A DNA stretch of 64,000 nt from Prevotella sp. (GTDB taxonomy: Bacteria > Bacteroidota > Bacteroidia > Bacteroidales > Bacteroidaceae). The position numbers and the translations under genes were made by a program. The notes below the pieces were generated by a model. That model was not told the DNA's origin and searched no databases. It saw only the letters and a list, made by a program, of their open reading frames with translations. This document shows positions 30,534 through 41,492 of this stretch, in pieces. The DNA is taken from assembly GCA_045117415.1 (NCBI GenBank), contig JBGUNO010000028.1:5111-69110 (forward strand), in the 5' to 3' direction. Positions within the stretch are counted from its first letter, which is position 1. The number at the start of each line of letters is the position of its first letter.

Positions 30534-31013
30534 CTAATAGCTCTTCCTCACGCGATCCATCTCACGCTTATCCTCCTTCTCCTTCAGTGTCTGACGCTTG
30601 TCAAACTCCTTCTTACCCTTACAGAGTGCAATATCCATCTTAGCACGACCGTGCTCATCAATGAACACCAATAATGGCACAATGGTGTAACCCGTCTGTT
30701 TAGTGGCGGCATGAAGTTTCTGTATCTCCTTCTTCGTCAGCAACAACTTACGGTCCCGCTTCATCTCATGGTTATTATACGAGCCATAGAAATAGGGAGA
30801 GATATTCATTCCTTTCACCCATATCTCCCCATTGGTAATAAAGCAATAGGTGTCCACCAAGCTCGCCTTGCCAAGACGGATGGATTTGATTTCCGTACCC
30901 GTCAAGACGATACCCGCCGTCAATGTCTCTATGAAGAAATATTCAAACGAGGCTTTCTTATTGCGTATCTGTACAGGACTTTTCTTCCTGATTTTCTCTT
31001 CGTCCTTATTCAT
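30534..31013 (-). CDS. smpB: SsrA-binding protein
   Basis: [34 protein letters not shown]. Confidence 0.97.
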   Translation of the reverse strand: MNKDEEKIRKKSPVQIRNKKASFEYFFIETLTAGIVLTGTEIKSIRLGKASLVDTYCFITNGEIWVKGMNISPYFYGSYNNHEMKRDRKLLLTKKEIQKLHAATKQTGYTIVPLLVFIDEHGRAKMDIALCKGKKEFDKRQTLKEKEDKREMDRVRKSY

Positions 31014-31021
31014 TTCCTGAT

Positions 31022-31525
31022 CTATACTATCTGAGCAAACTGTTCCAGATGACCGTCTATATACTCGGCAATCTGCGCTGTCCACGCCTCCTCATTCTCC
31101 ACAAACTCATCATCCATGTCGTCGAAGGCAGGAAACTGCTCGAACAAAGCCATAAACTCCTCTTCCGTACAATCCAGCTCTATTTGTTCATGATGTTTCA
31201 GATAAAGGGTATGCGCCTCATATATCAGTTTGGAGAGGTCACGCAAGCCCCATAGTTTGACAGCCTTGGCAAACGGGTTCTTGAAGATAAATGGTCCATA
31301 GCCGTTGTGTATCAACTGTACGAATCCACCATCCATGACTTCCTCATGCAACGTGTCCCATGCCAGCAACGTGATCTGGTCGGCATTCAACTGTGCCATC
31401 GTCTCCGCAGTCAACGCATCGCCAATTGCCTCACGGATCGCCTTGACGAAGACACTGACAAAAGCATCCATACCCTCATGGACCGCCTCACGTAACTGTG
31501 CGTCACTGATTTTCACTTCTATCAT
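31022..31525 (-). CDS. DUF4375 / DMP19-like acidic protein
   Basis: [17 protein letters not shown]; very acidic C-terminus. Confidence 0.7.
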   Translation of the reverse strand: MIEVKISDAQLREAVHEGMDAFVSVFVKAIREAIGDALTAETMAQLNADQITLLAWDTLHEEVMDGGFVQLIHNGYGPFIFKNPFAKAVKLWGLRDLSKLIYEAHTLYLKHHEQIELDCTEEEFMALFEQFPAFDDMDDEFVENEEAWTAQIAEYIDGHLEQFAQIV

Positions 31526-32148
31526 AGCTCTACAACGACTTCTTCAAAATTACCTTCCTTGTTAATGACATACCTGCAGACTGCCACCTCTGACTCCTCT
31601 TCGTCATCCTCACCACGGAAGTAACTGACAAGCGTGACTTCATACTGATTCGTGACATAATAATCCTGTCGCATCACACCCAGTCGTCCGTCTCTGTTCT
31701 CTATTTTCTGCTCGTAGATACACAGGCGGTCTACCAGTACATACTCCTGATTCATCGTACAGAGATAGAGCGACACATTGGTAGAGTCCAGCTTCTCTGC
31801 GACCAGCATCATGTGATAATGCCCGTGGGGTGGTAATTTAACAGCCAACAGGTCAACATTACTCTCATAGTCAAAGCGACTGTTGTATGTTGCCGGCACC
31901 TTCTCCATTTGCGGGAGATACTCCACGAACTCCAGAGAATATTTCAGGGGCATGGACATCATGGCGAGAGAATCAAAGTAAGCCCTCATAGGATCAGACG
32001 CGGAAGGCTTCAACAATTCCTTCTCCGCTTCTGCCCTGCGTATACTGTCTATCATCCCTTCATAGTCTGCCGCACTTTTCCTGTTACCACAAGAATATGC
32101 AGTCAATACCATGACTGCCAGAACTATAATATATCCTATCTTCTTCAT
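31522..32148 (-). CDS. Hypothetical lipoprotein
   Basis: MKKIGY..LTAYSC lipobox; TAACTTCG -7 element on minus at 32158-32165. Confidence 0.75.
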   Translation of the reverse strand: MKKIGYIIVLAVMVLTAYSCGNRKSAADYEGMIDSIRRAEAEKELLKPSASDPMRAYFDSLAMMSMPLKYSLEFVEYLPQMEKVPATYNSRFDYESNVDLLAVKLPPHGHYHMMLVAEKLDSTNVSLYLCTMNQEYVLVDRLCIYEQKIENRDGRLGVMRQDYYVTNQYEVTLVSYFRGEDDEEESEVAVCRYVINKEGNFEEVVVEL

Positions 32149-32222
32149 AATTGCCTGCGAAGTTACGAAAAAACAAGCAAAACACAAAGCATTTTGATAA
32201 TTATTTTGTATTTTTGCACGCA

Positions 32223-33434
32223 ATGAGACATGTATTGCTTTCTATCCTTCTCGCAGCTCTAACAGTGCAGGCTGATAATAAGATTTACTCACCAACGGTC
32301 AAGACACTGACAACCATCGTCAATAACGACTGGACGAACAGACCTGTCATGGAGTTGGGAAGCGGGGATGTCCTTCATATTGGATTCGACGAACTGTCGC
32401 ATGACGCCCATCGTTATATCTGTCATCTGACCCATTGTGAGGCAGACTGGACAGAATCTGCCGATATCTTTGAGAGTGACTGGCTGCAGGGATTCAATGA
32501 TTACCCTATTGACAACTATCTCAATTCCCTGAACACCACCGTCAACTACACACACTACGAGTTCAGGATTCCCAATGAGCAATGCAGGATCCGCATGAGC
32601 GGCAACTATCGCCTCACCATCTATGATGAGGATCATGATAACGAGAAAGTGCTTGATGCAGAGTTCTATGTCGTGGAACCAATCGTCAATATCGGACTAA
32701 GTATGTCGACGAACACGGATATCGATGTCAACAAGAGCCACCAGCAACTGGACATGACATTGGAGTATAAGGATTTGAAGGTGGTACGTCCCGACGACGA
32801 GATCTATACCGTCGTGATGCAAAACTGGAATGAGCAGACGGCACGTATCAATCCACGCCCGCCATACACCTACCATCAAGGACAACGATGGGAACATCAG
32901 CGAGAGCTCATCTTTGAAGCTGGCAACGAATTCCATAAGTATGAGATCCTGGATGTCAGTCACCCAACCATGGGTATCGACCGTATCATATGGGACGGGG
33001 AGCACTATCAGGCATATCCCTTCACCACGACGGCACGTCGCAACTACCTCACTGATGAGTCTGCCAACGGCGCTTTTTACATTCGTAACAGTGATTGGTC
33101 AGAGAGTGCCTACACTTGTGATTACGTATGGGTGAATTACACGATCGAGGCTCCCTATTGCGGAGAGATCTTCCTGCATGGACAATGGACGAACAATGCG
33201 GATGAGACAGCCTATCAGATGCAATATGATGCCGACAGACAGTGCTACCAGACCCAGATCATGCAGAAACAGGGCTATTACTCTTATCAGTATGTCAACA
33301 AAGAAGGGAATACGGCACCCACAGAAGGTAACTTCTTCCAGACCCGCAACAAATACCAGGCACTGGTGTATTATAAAGAACTGGGAGGTCGCACGTGGCG
33401 ACTGGTAGGCTATCGGGGATTAGACGCGCGATAG
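32223..33434 (+). CDS. DUF5103 protein (T9SS plug-like)
   Basis: Signal peptide; FDEL, HCEADW, YTHY, SGNY, FEAGNEF, KQGYYSYQY, EGNFFQTRN. Confidence 0.75.
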   Translation: MRHVLLSILLAALTVQADNKIYSPTVKTLTTIVNNDWTNRPVMELGSGDVLHIGFDELSHDAHRYICHLTHCEADWTESADIFESDWLQGFNDYPIDNYLNSLNTTVNYTHYEFRIPNEQCRIRMSGNYRLTIYDEDHDNEKVLDAEFYVVEPIVNIGLSMSTNTDIDVNKSHQQLDMTLEYKDLKVVRPDDEIYTVVMQNWNEQTARINPRPPYTYHQGQRWEHQRELIFEAGNEFHKYEILDVSHPTMGIDRIIWDGEHYQAYPFTTTARRNYLTDESANGAFYIRNSDWSESAYTCDYVWVNYTIEAPYCGEIFLHGQWTNNADETAYQMQYDADRQCYQTQIMQKQGYYSYQYVNKEGNTAPTEGNFFQTRNKYQALVYYKELGGRTWRLVGYRGLDAR

Positions 33435-35866
33435 TCGTTAGGGGTTTGATGATACTGATGATAGAAGCTGGCTATCAGATAGTTCGTTGAGGAGAAATGC
33501 AGTTCCTCGGCAATGACATCCACACTCTTATCCGTATGAAGGAGCATGTCCGCTGCCCTTTGCAGTCGAAGTGTCAAGACAACCCTATTGGGTGATCGAT
33601 AAAGATGAAATGTCATCAACTCATAGAACGTCTTCACATCCATCTGTGCCTTCTTTGCCAGATCCGACATGGAATGGACGACCGAGCCGTTATTCACATA
33701 AGGAATCACCTTGACCATCACATGAGCAAAAGCATCATCTGCATCCACTGAGCTGATATCTGCATCCGGCGAGGGAGACAACTCATCCTCTTGCATGTTC
33801 TCACACATGGTTGCAAAAGCCTTGATACGTTTGATGGTGCCACTTTCAATATTCATACGATTCAGCTTCATACGGGTGTTCCTATTGTAGAACACGAAAT
33901 TGGCAATCAGCATCCCCAATAACAGTAATCCTAATATCAAGTATACAATAGTCATACGCCACCATGGCTCTTTAACGGTCAGATTCCATACAAACGGCTC
34001 CACCGCCCAGTCTTCGGGATTCATAGAGGTCTGTATCTCTATCTGATATTTTCCTGGAGGAATACCGACGATTGGATAATGAAGCAACCCCTTTTCATCT
34101 ACCCTTCCTGTACCATCATGCATCGAGAAGACCTCCCACTCGTTCCTGTAACCCTTCACACGTATCCGATAGTAGGTTTGTGAAGGACGGAAGAAATTCA
34201 ATCCCGTGACTAACAATGAGATATTGTTTTGATAATAATTCACATTAATATCCCTGGTGCGGGTGATGGCATGCTCAAGGATCACATCCCCATCTACCTC
34301 CATCCCGGGACGAATGGTACGCCCGTTTACGGACAGTCGGATAAGCTTTGGATAAAGTTTGATATCTATCCGCTTGGTCGTATGGAAAGCTGCAGGGTCA
34401 AATTTCACAATATGGTCTGTCGACTGCATAATGATGGACCCATCTTCTAATTTCATGGCAAGCCCGTTCTCAAAAGAACACACGGGTATGTTGTCATCCT
34501 CATCAAAACTGACCACCCTCATCAACGAGTCTTTCTCAAAGACCAGACAGGAAATGCCATTACTCGTGCTCACCCATAGATTGTGGTCATTATCCTCTAT
34601 GATGGAATGAATCACGTTGTTATTCAGACCATCGCTGTTATTGATCAACAATGGATGCGAGTCATGAGAAGACTTGAAGCGTTTAAGTCCAATATAGGTG
34701 CCTTGCCACGTCCATCCGCGACTGTCTTGATAGATACAGTTGACACGGCGAGGCAGGGAATCATTGGACTGGTCTGCTTTCCGCTGAAGCATCTCTTTAT
34801 ATCTCTTTGCCAAAGGACTATCTATAGGATACACCTTAAAGGGGGACTTATAAGGCTTCGAGTAAAGCAACCCCTTCTTCTGCGTTCCGAGCCACATTCC
34901 GCCCTGCAGGTCGAAGGCGATATCGTTAATATCCGTTTGGATCTGCTGATACTTGGTACTCGTCAGCGTCGCATAATGGTGTTTCTCTCCTGTAGTTAGA
35001 TGGTATGTCCAATAACCATATTGAGAGGCGATATACAAAAGACTGTCATGTATAGCCATGTTGTTCATATGGTAGGGCTGGCTCATCAAGACCTTACTCT
35101 CTCCCGACAAGGCGTCTATATGAATCAACACAGACTCCTGCTGCTCACCATTACGGATTTGATAATACCCTTCTTTATAGGAGAGTAACACAGAGGACCT
35201 TTTATAATTGGCTGCCTGACGCTGGTCAAGGAGCGTTTTCGTGTACACCAACTTTCCTGTCACGATGTTATAAGCCTCCATATTGCTGTCATCATAGAAC
35301 AACAGGAGCAACTGATCCTTATACACATCTACATCCTGTAGTTTCTTGTCTTTCCTCACAGGATAGAACTTTTTGTTTTGGCAATTAAAAAGTTTCTGCC
35401 CTGTCAAAATCAACACACTACCGTCGTCGTCCACAAACAGATCATCCGCCTTCCCCTTGAAGCCCATCTCATGGAAGACACCTTGCACATCAGAAATAAA
35501 ACGTTCTGTCATCAAGTCGACACAAGTCACCTGATATTTGTCTTTCAGCCATAGGTGATGAGCTTTATCGAAATAAAGATGATAATGTCCTTCATATTTC
35601 GGCAATTCATAACTATCTTCCGGACTGGCATCAATATGGTTGAATGAGGAACCGTTATAGAAATTGATATGTCCAATGGAACAGATGACCATACGACCGG
35701 TCTTCGTACATCTGATTACCTGAGCAGCGTTATCCGCCAACCCCTCAGAAACGTCATGAACCAAAAACAAACGGTCAGACTCCCCAGCATGAATAGCAGA
35801 AGGCATTGTCAATAGAATCGACAACATCCATCTACAGAACAGCAGTCTAGTTTTCATCTTATTCAT
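33410..35866 (-). CDS. Transmembrane regulator: periplasmic beta-propeller/Y_Y_Y sensor, TM helix, AraC HTH; no kinase or receiver
   Basis: DGLNNNVIHSIIEDNDHNLWVST propeller repeat, IPPGKYQIEIQ, PWW plus TM, RLQRAADML..IAEELHFSSTNY. Confidence 0.8.
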   Translation of the reverse strand: MNKMKTRLLFCRWMLSILLTMPSAIHAGESDRLFLVHDVSEGLADNAAQVIRCTKTGRMVICSIGHINFYNGSSFNHIDASPEDSYELPKYEGHYHLYFDKAHHLWLKDKYQVTCVDLMTERFISDVQGVFHEMGFKGKADDLFVDDDGSVLILTGQKLFNCQNKKFYPVRKDKKLQDVDVYKDQLLLLFYDDSNMEAYNIVTGKLVYTKTLLDQRQAANYKRSSVLLSYKEGYYQIRNGEQQESVLIHIDALSGESKVLMSQPYHMNNMAIHDSLLYIASQYGYWTYHLTTGEKHHYATLTSTKYQQIQTDINDIAFDLQGGMWLGTQKKGLLYSKPYKSPFKVYPIDSPLAKRYKEMLQRKADQSNDSLPRRVNCIYQDSRGWTWQGTYIGLKRFKSSHDSHPLLINNSDGLNNNVIHSIIEDNDHNLWVSTSNGISCLVFEKDSLMRVVSFDEDDNIPVCSFENGLAMKLEDGSIIMQSTDHIVKFDPAAFHTTKRIDIKLYPKLIRLSVNGRTIRPGMEVDGDVILEHAITRTRDINVNYYQNNISLLVTGLNFFRPSQTYYRIRVKGYRNEWEVFSMHDGTGRVDEKGLLHYPIVGIPPGKYQIEIQTSMNPEDWAVEPFVWNLTVKEPWWRMTIVYLILGLLLLGMLIANFVFYNRNTRMKLNRMNIESGTIKRIKAFATMCENMQEDELSPSPDADISSVDADDAFAHVMVKVIPYVNNGSVVHSMSDLAKKAQMDVKTFYELMTFHLYRSPNRVVLTLRLQRAADMLLHTDKSVDVIAEELHFSSTNYLIASFYHQYHQTPNDYRASNPR

Positions 35867-35889
35867 TTAAGGCTCTTGAATGATGTCTG

Positions 35890-36009
35890 CAAAGATAGGG
35901 AAAAAGGGATTGATAACCAAATTTTTCAGAGGAAAAAACAACTTCCTTCACTTCGACAACAATTTTTTAAGAAAAATATATGTTTATTTAAAAAAAATGT
36001 GTAACTTTG
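35890..36009. promoter_or_regulatory. Divergent promoters for the regulator and the sugar catabolism operon
   Basis: TATCTTTG on minus (35890-35897) and TAACTTTG on plus (36002-36009). Confidence 0.6.
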
Positions 36010-36052
36010 TACTTTGTAAACAAATAAACTACTAAATTTACTAATACAAACC

Positions 36053-37003
36053 ATGGTTTACAACGAGATAGGAAAGACAGGGATGCGTGTGTCAAACTTG
36101 GGCTTTGGCGCTTCCTCACTAGGTGGTGTCTTCCATAGCATCAAGGAAGACGAGGGCATCCAGGCGGTGTTCACTGCCGTAGAGAACGGTATCAATTTTA
36201 TTGACGTGTCACCATATTACGGACACCTGAAAGCTGAGACTGTTCTAGGGAAAGCACTGAAGGACATCCCTCGCGACAAATACTATCTCTCCACGAAGGT
36301 AGGACGTTACGGCAAGGACGGAGAGAATTTCTGGGACTATTCGGCAAAACGTGCCACGGAGAGTGTCTATGAGAGTATGGAGCGTCTGAACATCGACTAT
36401 ATCGACTTGATCAATGTCCATGATGTGGAGTTCCAAGGCGACATGGATGGTGGTCTGCAGAAGATCGTAGACGAGACGCTGCCTGCTTTGGTGGAACTAC
36501 GTGACAAAGGAATCGTTAAACATGTAGGTATCACAGACTTACAACCCGAGAACCTGCGCTGGATAGTAGAGCATGCGCCAGAGGGTACCGTGGAGAGTAT
36601 TCTGAACTTCTGCCATTATTCGTTGAACGACACGTTGTTAGCGGACTACCTGGGCTTTTTTGAGCAACATGGTGTGGGCGTCATCAACGCCTCCCCCTTC
36701 TCCATGGGACTGTTGTCACAACGTGGTGCACCTGATTGGCACCCTGCCAGTAAGAAGCTGAAAGAGGCTTGTGCCAAGGCTTCTGCCTATTGCGAAGAGC
36801 AAGGCTACCCTATCGACAAACTTGCCATCCAGTTCTCTACCAGTCTGAATCCGCGCATCGCCACAACGCTGTTCAGCAGTGCTAATCCGAAGAATGTGCT
36901 GAAGAACATCCAATATGTCAACGAGCCGATGGACGAGGAGTTAGTAAAGAAAGTACAAGAGATTATCGGTGACCAAATGTTTGTAAGATGGAAGAACTCT
37001 TGA
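36053..37003 (+). CDS. Aldo/keto reductase, probable L-galactose (or L-fucose) dehydrogenase
   Basis: GFGASSLG, DVSPYYG, STKVGRY, HDVEF. Confidence 0.8.
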   Translation: MVYNEIGKTGMRVSNLGFGASSLGGVFHSIKEDEGIQAVFTAVENGINFIDVSPYYGHLKAETVLGKALKDIPRDKYYLSTKVGRYGKDGENFWDYSAKRATESVYESMERLNIDYIDLINVHDVEFQGDMDGGLQKIVDETLPALVELRDKGIVKHVGITDLQPENLRWIVEHAPEGTVESILNFCHYSLNDTLLADYLGFFEQHGVGVINASPFSMGLLSQRGAPDWHPASKKLKEACAKASAYCEEQGYPIDKLAIQFSTSLNPRIATTLFSSANPKNVLKNIQYVNEPMDEELVKKVQEIIGDQMFVRWKNS

Positions 37004-37902
37004 TCATCGATGCCCACAGTCACTTGTGGTTGAACCAAGACACATCGGTTAACGGACAACCCATCTATCAGCTGGAGTCCAACCGCAGCCGCTCATTGTT
37101 CTTTGGTGAAGAGCGACAGATGCTGCCACCCTTCATGACAGACGGTCAGAACACGGCGGAGCGTTTCCTAAGTAATATGGATTATGCACAAGTGGCAGCA
37201 GCGGTGGTGACTCAGGAGTTTATCGACGGGCTCCAGAATAGTTATCTGAGACAAGTGGAAAATCACTATCCTGACCGTTTCTTCACATTCGGTATGGCAG
37301 ACTACCGTCACCCGGGATTCATCAAACACGCAGAGGCACTAACCAAAGAGTTTAAGGGTATCAAAGTGCCTGCTGCCCGACTGCCCCAGCAGTTTCTCAA
37401 CGATGAGATGATGCAGATGATGCACCTGCTGGAACAAGAAGGAAAGATCCTCGGTATCGAATTAATGGATGGTGACGCACAGGTAGGACAGATGGAGGAA
37501 ATCATCCAGGAGTGTCCGAAGCTGAGAATCGCCATCGGGCATTTCGGTATGGTGACCCGTCCGGGATGGTTGGAGCAAATTAAACTGGCACGTCATACAA
37601 ATGTCTACATCGAGAGCGGTGGCATCACCTGGCTCTTCAACGACGAGTTCTATCCTTTCCCCTCTGCTGTTCACGCCATCAAGGAAGCCGCAGGACTGGT
37701 AGGTATGGAGAAACTGATGTGGGGCAGCGACTATCCCCGTACCATCACCGCCATCACCTATAAGATGTCGTATGATTTTATCCAGAAAACACAAGAACTA
37801 TCGGAACACGAGAAACGACTTTTCTTGGGAGAGAATGCCAAGCGTTTCTTTGGCTTTGGCGAGTTACCTCATCTTCCTTATGTCAAGAACATGAGTGAAT
37901 AA
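36988..37902 (+). CDS. Amidohydrolase_2, probable sugar lactonase
   Basis: IDAHSH, GHFG, WGSDYP; overlaps the dehydrogenase gene. Confidence 0.75.
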   Translation: MEELLIIDAHSHLWLNQDTSVNGQPIYQLESNRSRSLFFGEERQMLPPFMTDGQNTAERFLSNMDYAQVAAAVVTQEFIDGLQNSYLRQVENHYPDRFFTFGMADYRHPGFIKHAEALTKEFKGIKVPAARLPQQFLNDEMMQMMHLLEQEGKILGIELMDGDAQVGQMEEIIQECPKLRIAIGHFGMVTRPGWLEQIKLARHTNVYIESGGITWLFNDEFYPFPSAVHAIKEAAGLVGMEKLMWGSDYPRTITAITYKMSYDFIQKTQELSEHEKRLFLGENAKRFFGFGELPHLPYVKNMSE

Positions 37903-37941
37903 TTACTTTAAGGAATAAACAAACTAAAACAAATAAAGAAT

Positions 37942-39762
37942 ATGACAAACTATCCTAAAATCGGTATCCGCCCCACCATTGACGGTCGTCAGGGAGGTAT
38001 CCGCGAAGGTCTTGAGGAAAAGACCATGGCATTGGCTCATGCAGTAAAGAACCTGATTGAGAGCAATCTCCGCAATGGTGACGGCTCCAAAGTAGAGTGT
38101 GTCATCAGCGACACCACCATCGGACGTGTCGGTGAGTCGGCAGCCTGTGCTGAGAAATTCGAGCGTGAGGGTGTCGGTTCCACCATCACCGTTACCAGTT
38201 GCTGGTGCTATGGTTCCGAGACCATGGACATGAACCCGCAATACCCAAAGGCTGTATGGGGCTTTAACGGAACAGAGCGTCCCGGCGCTGTTTATCTGGC
38301 TGCCGTACTTGCCGCCCATGCACAGAAAGGACTGCCCGCCTATGGCATCTATGGTCATGACGTGCAAGACTTGAATGACAATACCATTCCTGCTGACGTG
38401 GCAGAGAAAATCCTGCGCTTTGCCCGTGCCGCCCAGGCTGTGGCAACGATGCGTGGCAAGTCATACTTGTCACTGGGCAACACCTGTATGGGTATCGCCG
38501 GCTCTATTGTCAATGCCGACTTCCTGCAGCAATATCTGGGTATGCGTACCGAGTATGTGTCACTGGTGGAGATCCTGCGCCGCGTCGATTTCGGTATCTA
38601 CGACAAAGACGAATTTGCTAAGGCAATGACGTGGGTGGAGAAATACTGCAAGCCCAATGAGGGTCACGACTATAACGAGGACCGCCCATTGTTCCCGGGT
38701 GTACCCATGACGACATTCAACGGTAAGGGTAAGGGTAAGAACCGTGAGGAGAAAGACGCTGACTGGGAGTTCACTGTGAAGACGATGATGATTATCCGCG
38801 ACTTGATGCAAGGTTCTAAGAAACTGCTCGAGATGGGCTATAAGGAAGAGGCGATCGGACATAATGCCATTGCAGCTGGTGTACAGGGACAGCGTCAGTG
38901 GACAGACTACAAACCCAACTTTGACTTCCCCGAGTCACTGATGTGTACGTCCTTCGACTGGAACGGTCCCCGTGAGGCTTATACACTGGCTACGGAGAAC
39001 GACTTCCTGAACGGTATGTCAATGCTCTTCGGTCACCTGCTCACCAACAAGGGTGTGATGTTCTCTGACATCCGCACCTATTGGAGCCCTGAGGCTGTGG
39101 AACGTGTCGCTGGCAAACGTCCAGAAGGCGGTGCCGCACAAGGTTTCATCCATCTCATCAACAGTGGTGCCACAACCCTCGACGCTACAGGTGCCATGAC
39201 CGATAAGGACGGCAACCCCACCATCAAACATTTCTGGGAGATGACCAACGAGGACACAGAGGCTTGTCTGAAGGCTACCTCATGGATGCCTGCCGACCGT
39301 GACTATTTCCGTGGTGGCGGTTATTCGAGTCATTTCGTGACAAAGGGCGGTATGCCGATGACGATGCTGCGTCTGAACCTTGTAGCAGGACTCGGTCCAG
39401 TACTGCAACTGGCAGAGGGATGGACGGTAGAGTTGGATCCCAAGACACACGACATCCTCGACAAACGCACCGATCCCACATGGCCTACCACCTGGTTTGC
39501 CCCACGTCTTGATCCAACGAAGGATGCCTTCAAGGACGTATATAGCGTGATGAACAACTGGGGAGCCAACCACGGTGCTATCTGCTACGGACATGTGGGT
39601 GCCGACCTTATCACACTCTGTGCGATGCTGCGTATCCCCGTCTGCATGCATAACATTGCCGACAAGGACATCTTCCGTCCATCATGCTGGAATGCCTTCG
39701 GTATGGACAAAGAGGGTGCCGACTATCGTGCCTGTGCCAACTTCGGACCTATTTATAAATAA
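37942..39762 (+). CDS. fucI: L-fucose isomerase
   Basis: [45 protein letters not shown]. Confidence 0.95.
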   Translation: MTNYPKIGIRPTIDGRQGGIREGLEEKTMALAHAVKNLIESNLRNGDGSKVECVISDTTIGRVGESAACAEKFEREGVGSTITVTSCWCYGSETMDMNPQYPKAVWGFNGTERPGAVYLAAVLAAHAQKGLPAYGIYGHDVQDLNDNTIPADVAEKILRFARAAQAVATMRGKSYLSLGNTCMGIAGSIVNADFLQQYLGMRTEYVSLVEILRRVDFGIYDKDEFAKAMTWVEKYCKPNEGHDYNEDRPLFPGVPMTTFNGKGKGKNREEKDADWEFTVKTMMIIRDLMQGSKKLLEMGYKEEAIGHNAIAAGVQGQRQWTDYKPNFDFPESLMCTSFDWNGPREAYTLATENDFLNGMSMLFGHLLTNKGVMFSDIRTYWSPEAVERVAGKRPEGGAAQGFIHLINSGATTLDATGAMTDKDGNPTIKHFWEMTNEDTEACLKATSWMPADRDYFRGGGYSSHFVTKGGMPMTMLRLNLVAGLGPVLQLAEGWTVELDPKTHDILDKRTDPTWPTTWFAPRLDPTKDAFKDVYSVMNNWGANHGAICYGHVGADLITLCAMLRIPVCMHNIADKDIFRPSCWNAFGMDKEGADYRACANFGPIYK

Positions 39763-39785
39763 TAAAGGTATATTATCATTTAGGT

Positions 39786-41099
39786 ATGAGTAAGAACAAT
39801 TCCCTGATAACGAAGGACGGGGTGAGCTATCTCATCCCCTTCATCCTCGTCACATTCTGTTTCGCACTATGGGGCTTTGCCAATGACATCACCAATCCCA
39901 TGGTGAAGGCTTTCTCCAAGATTTTCCGTATGAGTGTGACAGACGGTACCTTGGTACAGGTTGCTTTCTATGGTGGCTATTTCTGTATGGCATTCCCTGC
40001 TGCTATCTTCATCCGTAAATACAGCTACAAAGCGGGTGTGTTGATGGGACTTGGACTCTATGCCACAGGAGCGTTATTGTTCTTCCCCTCCAAGAGTATC
40101 GGACTCTATGGCTGTTTCTTGATTGCCTATTTCATCATGACCTGCGGACTCTCCTTCTTAGAAACCTCATGTAATCCGTATATCCTTACGATGGGACCAG
40201 AGGAGACGGCGACCCGTCGACTGAATATGGCACAATGTTTCAACCCCTGTGGTTCTATCATCGGTATGTTTGTTGCTATGAACTTCATTCAGGCAAAACT
40301 CAATCCGATGAGTAGTGACGACCGTGCGTTGTTAGGGAATGCGGAATTTGAGGCAATGAAAGACGCAGACTTGAATATCCTGATCTCACCTTATTTAATT
40401 ATAGGACTGGTGATCGTGGCGATGTTCCTGATTATCTTCTTCGCTAAGATGCCGAAGAATGGTGACCAAAGTCACGATATTCATTTCCTGCCGACATTGA
40501 AGCGTATCTTCTCCTTGAAATACTATCGCGAGGGAGTCATTGCCCAGTTCTTTTATGTGGGTGCTCAGATTATGTGCTGGACGTTTATCATCCAGTATGG
40601 CACGAGGGTTTTCATGGCAGAGGGATTGGACGAGCAGTCTGCAGAAGTCCTCTCACAGCGTTTCAATATCTATGCCATGCTGTTCTTTATCTGTTCCCGT
40701 TTCATTGCCACCTTCCTCATGAAGTGGTTGAAGCCTGCCAAGTTGCTTGCCATCTTCGGTGTGTTTGCCATGCTTTTCACAATAGGTGTCATCATGTTCC
40801 AGAACAGATACGGTGTCTATTGTCTGGTATGTGTCAGTGGATGTATGTCGCTGATGTTCCCCACCATTTATGGTATCGCCCTCGATGGTTTAGGTGATGA
40901 TGCGAAATTTGGAGCAGCAGGTCTGATCATGGCAATCCTCGGAGGTTCCGTACTTCCCCCGTTGCAGGCAATGATCATTGACCAGAAGACTGTCTTTGAG
41001 TCTTTCCCTGCTACTAATGCCTCCTTCGTACTACCCTTTATCTGTTTCCTTATCGTTACCGTCTACGGTTACAGAATGCATCAAGAGAGAAGTCTATGA
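39786..41099 (+). CDS. fucP: L-fucose:H+ symporter family MFS permease
   Basis: FALWGFAND, FLETSCNPY, AQFFYVGAQ, SLMFPTIY, MAILGG. Confidence 0.9.
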   Translation: MSKNNSLITKDGVSYLIPFILVTFCFALWGFANDITNPMVKAFSKIFRMSVTDGTLVQVAFYGGYFCMAFPAAIFIRKYSYKAGVLMGLGLYATGALLFFPSKSIGLYGCFLIAYFIMTCGLSFLETSCNPYILTMGPEETATRRLNMAQCFNPCGSIIGMFVAMNFIQAKLNPMSSDDRALLGNAEFEAMKDADLNILISPYLIIGLVIVAMFLIIFFAKMPKNGDQSHDIHFLPTLKRIFSLKYYREGVIAQFFYVGAQIMCWTFIIQYGTRVFMAEGLDEQSAEVLSQRFNIYAMLFFICSRFIATFLMKWLKPAKLLAIFGVFAMLFTIGVIMFQNRYGVYCLVCVSGCMSLMFPTIYGIALDGLGDDAKFGAAGLIMAILGGSVLPPLQAMIIDQKTVFESFPATNASFVLPFICFLIVTVYGYRMHQERSL

Positions 41100-41473
41100 C
41101 AAACGGATATCAGACAAAAGAATATCAGCAGCCCGTCAAGCGTTACTGCCAGACGATGGACTTGAAGGACGACCCTCAGTTGATAGCTGAGTATCGCCGT
41201 CGCCATAGTGAGCCTGAGGCTTGGAAAGAGATACTGGATGGTATCCGCTCTGTAGGTATCTTGGAGATGGAAATCTATATCTTGGGCAACCGTTTGTTCA
41301 TGATTGTGGAGACACCCCTTGACTTCGACTGGGACACAGCGATGAAAAAACTAGCCACCCTACCCCGCCAACAAGAGTGGGAAGACTATATGGCGATGTT
41401 CCAGCAATGCCGTGAGGGTGCTACCAGTGATGAGAAATGGCAGATGATGGAGCGAATGTTCCGATTGTATTGA
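41096..41473 (+). CDS. L-rhamnose/L-fucose mutarotase family protein
   Basis: EYRRRH, GILEMEIY, W..MERMF. Confidence 0.85.
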   Translation: MTNGYQTKEYQQPVKRYCQTMDLKDDPQLIAEYRRRHSEPEAWKEILDGIRSVGILEMEIYILGNRLFMIVETPLDFDWDTAMKKLATLPRQQEWEDYMAMFQQCREGATSDEKWQMMERMFRLY

Positions 41474-41492
41474 AAAATTGAAGTTATTAGAT

